Shown: piece by piece, positions 26,501-38,500 of the stretch | Layout: each line of letters starts with the position of its first letter | How positions within the stretch are numbered: position 1 is the stretch's first letter | From: Tubiluchus corallicola | Taxonomy: Eukaryota > Animalia > Priapulida | Direction: 5' to 3' | NCBI GenBank assembly: GCA_030141605.1 | Contig: JAQGDQ010000100.1 | Coordinates: forward strand, 124,001 to 188,000 | DNA length: 64,000 nucleotides | Notes under the pieces: generated by a model | What the model was told of the DNA's origin: nothing | Databases searched by the model: none | The model's input: only the letters and a program-made list of their open reading frames with translations | Translations under genes and position numbers: made by a program

Positions 26501-29500
26501 CACGATATACGCATAAAATTGCTGTAAAGTAGTATAATTTTTTAAGGTAATTTTTCTGAAACCTACCTCAGGTGCCGCTTTTCTTGTCCTTTTAATTTCA
26601 TAAACTTTTGTAATATTTAGTGTATTAGATTTTACCTCTAAATATTAATCACCAAAGCATTTTGTTTTAGTGCAAACAGTTGCCTTTTCTGTGTATACTT
26701 ACTTGATTTTATTTGACTTGTTTATCAAATGCTTAATTAACAAAGTTTTTAACCCGTTACTTCTTCTCATTATTTCACATATCAGGATGGTAGTGACAAA
26801 GAGTTGTTAAGCCGGAGTTGCACTCCATTATTCCAGATGGCTGGACTAGCTTCCAGCGAAATGCCAGATTTTACAGGATTGAACACCCTGGAGTTTCGTC
26901 AAAAGGAAAAATTAAATTCCCTGATTAGCAAAGATAATGTTGGTAAGTCATGTTTGAATTTCATGCAAGTTCATTAAAAAGTTAATTACATTTCATTGTG
27001 CCTGGAATATCATGGAAGGAAGAGACAAGAAAGTCAGTTTGAGAAGGCCTTGCAATGTTGTTTACCTTTTCTTGAGCCTCTGTTAACAAAGAAATTAGCT
27101 GCAATTCGCATTACATTCAAGCATATAACACAATTTTCAAAGATTCAGGATAGCCTCATGAACTGTTTTCAACAGCCGTAATTTCTGTTTTATTGAAGCC
27201 ATGACCCCAAGTTTCTGTTTGAAATTTGACCTTTTTCTCATACTTATATCATATTGAGAATATTGAACTGTAGTAAGAAAGTAGCAGTAAGTTGTAAGAA
27301 GGAAAAGTGCTTAAAAAGCCAGCTAACTGAGCAAAAAAGGCTTAACGACATGTGCAGGCAAACTAACCAGCGACTCCAAAATTTGATATAAATTCATTCT
27401 GGAAAGCACTTTTCTGCTGTAAGGACTGTGCTCTAGCAGTCTTAACTTAATTATAATTTCATTGTATTGTTTTGTTAACTTTCGTCTACAGGCTATTTAC
27501 GGCAGCATACCATCCTGCCCGAAGAACTAGAGCTCATTGGTCCACAAACTGTAGTGACCGGAAAAATAATGACCATTTCAGTTGAGGCCAAAACAGATTA
27601 TGTGCCAAAAACGTATGACTACCTACAGTTAACTGTCACAAAACCAGATGGCAAAAAGAAGAAACATGAACTGATGGATAATCATAACCGGTAAACATTG
27701 GAAATGTTTTTGTAGCAGACTTATACAGTACAACAGTCTTGGTTACCTAAACACTGATCATTGCTGCACTGTGCATGTAAATTGTTTTTGATGTCATTAT
27801 CTTAATGTTATTCAACATTTCAAGTACTCTGACTTCTGTTTGGACATAAGTGTCAGAAAAAACCAAAATGCCTTCTAATTTGTAGCTCATTTTTGCAGTT
27901 AACATTTTTTTAAATGTCAAACTTTCTACAGAATTGCAAAAATTTAGGTAATATGCTGAGCGATAACAACACATATGCAAAGAAGATAATTGTGGTTATT
28001 TGGCTAGATAAAATCTGAGAAAGATATGTTTTTCATTATCACCTCACGTGGTTTTCCTATCCTTCTTTACCCTTAATGTCACCGTATGCTTTCTAAATGG
28101 TTCAAATTAAATTTAAGAAACTGTCAAGGTATTCACATGAGTATTTGTTTCATTTGCAAGATATTATCAATTTTTTACAGAGTCTACACTATGGCCATGA
28201 TTCCAGATGATGTTGGCAACTACAGTGTGTCAGTGAAAATCTATGATCATCATATCATAAACAGTCCACTTTGTATTGAAGTAACAGCACCAGACTCAAA
28301 AGTCAAGGACGGAGGTACATTAGTGGACCGCTCATCTTCAATACTTATGGAATATGAGGAAAGTAATCTGTGTCCAATGTCTTCATCCAAGAAAAGTGCG
28401 CCAATTGTAAAAGAACTGCATGCATCATCCCCCTTGAGAAGTTCCTGGTCCCCTGTAAAGGCTCCTGGACCAATCACCATGGCTCCTCCACCTGGTTTTC
28501 ATTGTTTTCCTCTGCGCAACAATGATGAGTGCATAATTACTCGTGACCTGTGCAACAGAGATGAATATAAATTTACCCATGATCTACACAGCAATGATGA
28601 GTGTATGATTACCCACGATCTGCGCAGAACTGCTCAGCCCGAATTCAAACTACTTCCACCATCAGAATTTGCAAGCACTAAAGACGGTGCACATAGTGGC
28701 ATTAATTCAGCTATTGTCAAAAGTGAACATACACAAATTTCGGGAGATACTTGCAGGTTAAAAAGGAAGCCAAGAAAATTTGCAATGTTGGAAAACTTGC
28801 TGCAGAATAACTACATGTACAACCAGCGAGTTAACAACACGAAATCTCAATCAAAAGTGTCGAGCGCTATGTCACAACCAGTTGAACTTAATGATTTAGC
28901 AGTAAAAAGTCCAGGAAAGATTCATTCGGCTGAGTTGTCTGATATAAGCTCAGCAGAACAAGCTAGTGGTAACAGCTGCCGCAATTCTAAGCCTAACAGA
29001 GAAGATGCATACAGTGTAGTAGAATCGTCACAGGTTTCTTTGGAAAGTGGGAATTGTATGACTGACAAGTTCATTTCTACCACTGTGAAACCTGAAAGTT
29101 CTGCTGAGCTTACTCTAGACATTGAAAGTTCAGCTGTGGCCATGCCTGCAGCGGATAAAAAACAATCACTAAACACAATAACTAGTCATAGTTTTAGTAA
29201 GGTATGTAGTAATGCTTTTCTGATTTATTTACTTGTAATTAGTCTAATAATGTATTTGTTATTAGTCATTAAACATACAGCCAACCAAGTAGCTAACAGT
29301 GGATGATTGTTGATACAAAAGCATGATTTTTTTCATAAGTAAAATGTTCATTAAGAATGTACAACGGTAATGTAATAAATTGCATCAACCTTGAGTTGTT
29401 TCCTATATTGTTGATATGGAAACATATGGCACAGTAGACTAGCTGCTCTTCATCACAGATGCTTAACCTTTTTCTTAGTATCACAAAGCTGATCAACTAC

Positions 29501-32500
29501 AATTATTGATATTTCGATTATTAGTAATCACATGATAAAACCAGTAACATTAACTTTTTTATATTGACTTTTTGTTGCTAACAGTGTATTATATTTGTGG
29601 CACTTTTCGTTAGTTTTAACAAGTATTATTCATGGTTAGATACATATTATATAATACAACTTGGATATATTTCAGTAAAGTGAGAAAATGTTCAGTTTAT
29701 GTTTGTCTTTGTCATACTTGCGTACAAAACTTTCTCTGTTTCCATCATTAGTTCACTTCTGTTTCTTACAATGATTTATTTCGTCTTGAGCGTAGGGTTA
29801 CCACACTTCTGTTAGACTTCATAAATTTTTCTCTGGGTAAAGATTCGCTAGGTAACAAAATTCATGATATTATGGTATTACTATAGCAGAGAAAACCTGA
29901 AGTATGGGCAAGTGGTCTAAACTCCTCCTCCATGGTGACAAAGTCAACAGTCCCATGTAGCGCATCTGACATCATCATTGAAGAAGAATCTTGGATTGAT
30001 GAAGAACTTGATGTATCAGGTTAAAATGATTTATTATTGATTCATGTCACATTTTAAGTAAGTGTAAGTGCGAAATTTTGTTCTAAGCAAGATAAATTAA
30101 ATTTCTTATTGACACTGAAAGAAATTAATAGGTAGCTATACGAGTGCTGTAACTGCATTTACAGTTTGAAAATTTGTTACATTTTTACTATCTTAGTTGC
30201 GATGTTAATACAATGCTCATTGCAATTTAACTTTATATATTCAAATACTTGCGTAATTTTATTGTAATCATTTTTTACGTAACTTTAATTGATGTTTGAA
30301 ACAAAGACATTCGTCTCTAATTAATTTTGTTTATTATTGTTGTATTTGAATAATTTTAAGGAATTTGTTTTTGTTTAGGCATAAAAACTTCTCCACAACA
30401 TCGGGATACTACTACAAAAGCTGCTGCAATTGGTAAAGCATATTTTCAAAATATTACACCATATAAAGAAAATGTCCAAAAGGTATAGTAATGCTTAATA
30501 ACTAAAACTGTTTAATCAAATATTCAGTATTGAAAGCGCCATGTGTTGTATAGTAAAACTTCTAAAGCTGACTTGTAAATTATAATGTAATATTTTCAGT
30601 AGTTATTTAACATTAAATATTACAGTACAGTATAGTATAGTAGGCGCCGCTTAATTGACTCAAAACCACCTGGAACGGGCCGCTTCTATTCAAATATACA
30701 TAAAAACTATCGGTAATTGGCTCAAAGAACTTTGCTTAATTGACTCAATATTTTTCCTTCACGTACTTAAAATAAGACATTTGTATGTGCCCAACAGTCT
30801 TTCCTACTTTTAGGTCATCTTTACTTCCCTTTTGTGCGCTATGTATACGGAAATAATCATGTTAAGTACCGTTTTGTTTGTAAGCAGGTACGTTTATCAT
30901 GCGCTAATACGCTAGCGTAGCGGTTTTGCTTTGAATTTGTTACCCGCTCCCCACTGTTGCCCGAAAGAATTTCTGGAAGCTAAACATTTAATCACTTGCC
31001 TAGCAGTTTCCGTTTGATGCTCTCGTTGCAAATCACGCTTTCAGGCTTAATGAGTTAACAATCAAAGATGCAGGTACAGTAATCAGCAGGTATTCCTTGT
31101 GACTTACAAGAGTAAACATCGTACAGCAAATAAGGGCAATGTAAGTGAGCAGACGATTCAGAACTGTTTTAGTCACACACAACAACAGATTTTCAACGTT
31201 TTTATAATTACAAGAACTTTGTGGGCCAACTTCTTCGCGCTATAATGAAACAGCCGACTTTGAAGGAATTTTTGTAATTTTTGCAAATAAACAAAATAAG
31301 TTTGTGATTTATAAAAAGTATAGTTTTTAATTTATTGCCAATTCTCTTATATAAATTAATATTTTAAAATAGTTTTTCTAATTTTTAACTGCACAAAAGA
31401 ATGTAGGCATTACTTCGTTTCTAAAACTCATTAAAAACCTTTGCAGTGCATAGTAAGGTGATGCCTCATACTTCTATACCTGTAATACTACACCCATCGG
31501 TTAATAGGTTCAGTCGGTTAATTGGGTCAAAACACGTCGGTCCCAAAGTGAGTCTATTAAACGGCGACTACTGTACTATAAAAATACTATATACTGAATG
31601 CTTCTGGTCATTCTCAGTAGCAATTTAAATTTGTTGTATGTGTTGTATGTTGTGCCTAATACATCTTCTGTTTATGTTTTGTGTTTTTGTGTTGTTTAAT
31701 GTATATATGTCGGTATATATTGATTGACAGTATACTTAAGCAGTTGTGTCATATAGCCACAATGAATTGTTACCAATAACCATGAAAATAATCAGTTATT
31801 GTGATTTGTAGATTTTAGACTTCTTGCTCAGCTCTGCTTACTGCATAAATTATTTGACTAAAAAATGTTAATCTGGATTTCAAACACACGCTTTAGTTCT
31901 GGTTGCAAATTTGTAGCAGTAACAAAAAGCTGCAAGATAAAACACACGTTGTTATCACCTGTGCAAAAAAGAAGCCTGGGAGTGCGGCAATAATGATTAA
32001 AGTAATGTAAGAACTCGTGTAATTACAAATTAGCTCCACTGTGTTATTCAAGCTCCAAACCTACATGGAGCCAACCCGCACTCCAAGCATTCCAAAAACA
32101 AATAAGCCGTATCACACATTTACCAACAACTTTTTCGGTCAACTTTACTCGCTTTTTTCAGAGTACTGTCATAGCTTCAAGCAGTTCTTACTCAAAACCA
32201 AAAGAACATACTTTTGAAGAAGAATCATGGACAGTTGAAGAACTTGATAAACCAAGTAAACATTTTTATTTTGACTAGACGAAAGGTACATTGTATGCAA
32301 TTATTTGTCCTATATAAACTGCTAGTTACTCAAAATTATGGAGTTATTCATTGAATTACCCGAAATCGTAATCTGACATCATTTTCTAATGCATGCAGAG
32401 TGAGTTAGTTTCTAACAATTGTGTTTTAATTAAGAGTTTTCTCAAGATCGGCAGAGCAAGACAGCCACATACTAGCTATACCAGCAGTAGCCCTGAGCTA

Positions 32501-35500
32501 ACTAAGTAAGCCACTCATCGGCTCTGCTCACATGTATTTATGAGTATTTAATATTTTAACTATATTTAGGATGTTTTCTTTGCTGACAAGCTTATCACTG
32601 ATGATGTTGGTCACTAAAACCAAATTCTCTTACAATAGTCTTTCGGTGATTTCATTTTGATCAGTCTTTTAAAATGGATGTTTTTAGTATTTTCACGGCT
32701 CCATTTAAGGATTTCCCGTGGGGTGGCTTCTGCAAAAGTTGCATGCACTGCATAAATTTACTCTGCCTAATTTTTGTTCTTGAAAAAAGTTACTAGCTTG
32801 CCTTTAGTTAGAAGTTACTCTATGTGATAAGACAGTTACATGATATAGGGCACTCAGTGTAGTAATATGTATATCTATGTCATTGGCAGAAGTTTCTGAG
32901 TTCAAAGAAGAAAGTCAATTGTCGACATTGATAGCCGCTTCTCCTAGGACACCAAAAAAATTTCCCCCTCCTTCCTCATTCGGGAATAGCTCCCCAAAAA
33001 CCAACCTGTTAAAAGACAAGTATATGCTAACTGCTAATTCACGGAAGGTAGAGTATCGTTAGATATTGCTCTTTTAGTCAGTTGTTAAATCAGCTTGAGT
33101 GTTTTTGCTGCTGATATTAATGTCTTGCTGTTTACAATAAAGTTGACAGATTTAGTTGTATGTAGTATATAGAGTCAAACTGCAATGTGGACGAAAATAA
33201 TTTCTTTATTTTTAACTATGTATTTAAGTAGAGTTTTTCAGGCAGAATATTTGCAAACAAACCCCAACTGTGTTTCTTAACTTCGTTTTTAGTATATCTT
33301 TAAGTTACAGCCTTTCTCTTTTGAATTGTAAAGTTTGAAATATGATGCCACTTTTCAATCAAGAAAGCCTAAACTTAGCATGCTCTTTTTTTGTTAAGCA
33401 AAATTGTAACTAAATATTTATTCTTGAAGGAACTTCTTAAAGCTGCAAGTATTCCATTTAGCATTGAAGAGGAATCATGGTCAGATGAGGAATCGAACCA
33501 TTCTGGTAAAATTATTATCAACTTTTTTGCTCAGTCATAGTGACCTTGGTCAATAAAGTCAATAACTGTTACTTTTGTCTGCTCTAAAAGGCAGCTCAGC
33601 ATATATGACATAGTTGTGCCATCTAAATAAATCTGGAATATTTTTCAAATTTTGTTTGTAAATAATCGTGCAGCCACCTAGTTCGTAAATGATAAGAGCT
33701 CCTTAAAAATAAAAAATATTGGTAACAATCCTGCGTTCCCTGGCAATTTTAGATGTACTGGCCTTCATAAAATAAATCTGGGCTACATCAACAGAAGTGT
33801 GGAAATTAAAGTGATCAGTATCACAGTTTTGCCAAGAACTGGTGATTTGGGCTCACTAATCTATTTATTGGAATTGTGATCCAAAATTCTCTGGTTTACG
33901 TCCAGACTCATTTCTCTGGCCTTTCACATTTTTTTGGCCAAATTTGATTTCAAAAAGTTAATGAATGCTCTGCCATTAGTAATAATCTTGCAATTTAGAC
34001 TGTAAATTATTAAATGTGCCTCTGTTATTTTTTAAGTATGATATTTTTTATGCTGGTTAGTAAGTGTAACTTTATTATTCATTGTTTAATTAGATTTTGG
34101 CTACATTATATTTGTATTTTTTTGCCAGTTCTGGACGTATGTCTTGATGTTACAACAGGTGCTCAGTTATAGTTTGATTACAAATACAAATTCTAACAAT
34201 AAAGTATGGTTTATCATTAGTAAAAGATATTCTAAAAACATTTCCAGAACAATTTCTTATAAATATGAATTCTTTTACTTTTTAATTCATTTACTATAAT
34301 TCAACCCAATTGTCATTTTTATTCTAACAGCAGTGCTTGAGAAATATTATAGCTATTTACAGAATTTCAGGTGCCCAGTGAAAACTCTCATCCATTTAAT
34401 TATTTGATTGCGCAACTATGTTTGGACTGGTATAAGATTATTTTCTTTTTTGTCTTTTTTGAACACCCTAACTGAAAAAATAACACTTTGATTATTTTAT
34501 AGAGCCTAAGTCTAAACCGTTTTTACCTGTTAATTTTGAGCCTGCACTAAACAAGAACGAGAGCATGTCTCCGACTGCAAAGCTCATTTCCAACCTGTTT
34601 CAGCAAGGTGAGCTCTAAGCAAATGCATCTGTCATAGTTTTGTTAATTTCTAATAACTAAATCACTATGATTCTTTTAACAGATGTAGATTTTGCTACAA
34701 TGTTTTAATTTTTGTTTGCACATTTATTTGGTACATTAATTTAGGTGTTGCTTCAAAGGCAGCAGGTTTTACTGGTACGAGAAACCTGAATGCAGAAGAA
34801 AAACCATCGATTGACCTTGTCAACATGTTTTATTCCCAAGGTGCGTTATACAGCTTTCAAATTTCATTTTTATTATAATTTACACAAGTGCATTGCTTTT
34901 TGGAAACATATTTTTCATCAAGTAATATTATTTCAGTTGTTCATATACTCTGTAGCACTTTTATGGTTAAGTTTACTGAACCTAAAGTTACCCATGCAAA
35001 GTAAACATCGTGTCAATATATTTTTGATTTATAGGTTTGTCTGCACAGTTAGAAATGAAGTTTGGCGAGTTTTGTCCGAAAGATAAAGAGTCCACTGACT
35101 ACAATTTCACCTTTCCGATAGGCATAAGTGCCACTACTGATAAAATAATTGTGTGTGATACAGGAAAGAACACAGTAAAGGTGATTCGCTATACTATTAT
35201 ATGTATTATATATATGCATAATTGTTTATTGCAATTGTTTTACATATACAAGTATTATAATATACAAGTAAAATTATTACGTGTAACCAGTTAAAATTAA
35301 ATGATGTTTGCAATAGTATTAAGCTAAAAATCTAACAGATAGTAATATAATGCAAATATCAATATATTCATACATACAAATAATACAGCATCATCAAGCA
35401 CATACATTTCATTTCTAATACAAATAGTAATACACATAATAACATCACAAACTAAAACCAATCAAAATCTGTAACACACAAATATCACATTCATTACAAT

Positions 35501-38500
35501 ACAATATATATATTTACATGACCTTTTAAAATGTTGTAGTTAGAATAAAATTTTAATGTCAGTTACCTAGGTGGCATAATAAAATCTGTATTTTTAGTTA
35601 ACTTTATTGTCTTTGTGGATAGGTCTTCTGTGGTTATATGTCTCTTGTTAGTTTGCATGTTTTCAAAAAGTTATTGCTGCAGTTACTCACTTCTTGTCGT
35701 TATGGTATCACGTACCTTGTTTGCTTCATGTTATGCATGTCTGTTGGTCAGTACTTCATTGCTAGTTAAATGCGTAAACTTGTACAGTGTTACCAGCTAT
35801 TATACGTATGTTAACATATAATTTACGAGAAAATCTTGCTAACAATTAAAGCTGATATTAGAAGAGTAACATTTTTAGTGAATTTTCTTTCGTGTTTGGC
35901 TTTTAACTTAACATTTTAGTTTGCGCAAACTGGCACTGCCTAGTGGGTATAGTGTTGATTCTTAATCTTCCGAACTTTGCATTGCAGGTATATGATAACA
36001 ACGGTAAGTTTCTCTTTAAATTTAACGATTCTGTGATGAGTAGTCCGTCGGCTGTTGTTGTCATACCAAGTGGAAATATTGCCGTGAAAGACAATCATAG
36101 AATCTACATATTTGACTCAAGTGGGCATCTTTTGCATAAGTTTGGTGAAGGCCTCTTAGGAAAGCCATATGGTACTTGTTACTTTTCTGATTTCTCAGAC
36201 TTTTAGATTAAAAACAACATTAATTTTCCTTTATATGGTTTGGCACACTTACTACTTTTTGAATAGTTTGTAATTGGCCTTCCTTAGCTCATTGTCTACA
36301 CCTTTTCAAGCTCAAAAGTGCACTGCAAAAAATCAAGTGTACAGCAGAAAATCAAAAGTGCACAGCAAAAAATCAAAAGTGCACAACAAAAAATCAGAAG
36401 TGCACAATAAAAAGTCAAAAGCGTACAACAATAAAATCAAAAGCACAAAATGTTAACTTGTTTATACAGAATAGTGTAGGCCTTTCTAACATTAATAACA
36501 CTGCTGGAGTGTGTGTAGCTTGAGAAAGAAGTAAATTGTGTTGTGCGAGTAGCAAAACACTTAAAATTCTGATAATCAAACTTTCAATAACTTAACTTTT
36601 AAATGCTTGCCTAAGTTTCTAATAATAAAAATAATGCTGATGGTGATGATAGCTGACTCATTGACTTATAGACTGACTAAATGGCTTAAGCTGTTTTGAG
36701 AGGGACAACCATGGTTTAAAATTTCAGTCGCTCATCGATTGAAACCTTGCTCAAAAAAGCGGTCCTAAGCCTGCCGTAATTAAAAATGGCTGTGAATTAA
36801 TTTACTAAATTTGAGTACAACCAGCTATCAGCAATACTATTGTAACACAAACCAAAGTCCGTGTCTTGTTAGACTCGATTTTTTTGGTAATTAGTTAGCC
36901 AACCCCGCAAAATAAATTTGTGCATAAATGAACACGCAACCCACACCATACCCCACTCTCCACACCACCCTCACTTGCCACACCACACTATACCACCAAA
37001 CCACCATGACCACACACCACACCATACCACACTATCCACAACACCCCAAACTCACCACACCCACTACCCCAAACCTACCACATCACATCGTGATTATAAC
37101 GATGACGATGATGATGATGGTGGCAACGATGAGAACACCTTTAACATATACACCAACAACACAGCACCATGGCAAAACCACCAATGATCAATAATGCAGG
37201 CAAATTCTATGTAGCGTTTGCAAACTGCTCCTTTTGATCGTAATAGACTATTATTATAACGCTTACGTTATAACAGCCAGAAGCAACTTTTACCGAATAA
37301 AAATGCAGTATAGTGGATGACGTCACAACAATGGCTTTGCGTCAAGCAGTTTTCCAAGCAAAAATCACCCGAAATGAAACCTCCAAGTATTACAGCTCCT
37401 CGCGGTGGACATGCCCTAAAATATAGCCCACATCATCATGTAGCACCTTTCTTCCTCTTTCTAAAGAGCTATATATCACTTTCCAAGAGTCCCACCAGGC
37501 GCCGCTAGAACGTTTTTTCTACAGGCTTTTTGACCAAAATTTCGAAAAAATCCAGAGTTGGGTCCGGGAAAATACCCTGCGGGTCACCGTAGCCCTCCCA
37601 TGAATTCTAAATGTGACTACTATTGAATGGGCTATCTATCTATAGCCAGCACCACGCCAAGCCCATTCCCATTCTCCAGAAATAAGAGGTATAAGTTTTG
37701 CAAAAAACAGCCGAAAAATGGCCATTTTTGGAGGTTTTTCGCCGACCGTTTGTCCCGGTGGGCCCGATTCGAACAAAAACCCCCAATGAGACCACACTAG
37801 ATCAAGACCTTTTATTTGTTATCTAGATCGCCGCAAATGGTGCCGCCGTCGAAGCTGTAGCTTCAAATCTATTATATATATATATATTAAACACATAACC
37901 ACCGAAATTAATATATACGATTATAATGTGGACTTCTTGGAATTATTTATAATATTCTTATTATTTGAATTACGATATCTTATGATGAGTACAAATATGC
38001 AAGCATAAACATATAGGCATATAAGTATAAATACATGTATTTTGGTTTTTTTTGCTATTTTGCATTAGTCTGTATTCTATCATTAGTGTGTATTCTATAT
38101 AATTATATAATCTGTTCTTTGCATTTATTTGGAATTCACTCACATCAGGTTAGAGCAACTTGGAAAATTTTCAAAACAAATTCCTTCTGCCCCTTTTCCA
38201 TGTGAAGCTTTTTCCGTATGCCTATGCCCCCACATTTGGACACAGGATACTTTGCCACAAAATGTTAGGACACAGATAGCCTTTCCTCATAGGCAACTTT
38301 GGCACTGTCTGTTTTAGACACTTGTATCATTTGGACGAAGATATTTTGTGCACATGCTAAATTTGAACACGTATGTCGTTTCGACAAATAGGCCATCTTT
38401 TCTGGCACAAAAATTTAACTCTTGTACTGTTGATAAATCTGTGCAAAAACTGAACGACATTTTTAATAGTTTCTGAGAACTCTGATGGCAATCTGACATG

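Noticed and set aside
32447-32505. Extra exon candidate (IGRARQPHTSYTSSSPELT) in the TRIM-NHL linker
   Set aside because: It has a good donor, but its open frame is phase 0-2, which is incompatible with the flanking phase-1 junction. It was left out of the model.
36310-36450. 21-bp repeat array as a possible CRISPR
   Set aside because: The units are contiguous with no unique spacers, the context is a eukaryotic intron, and an inverted copy at 39.2 kb shows it is a terminal repeat.
36918-37194. His-rich and Thr-rich ORFs
   Set aside because: They are translations of a CAC/ACC simple repeat inside an intron.
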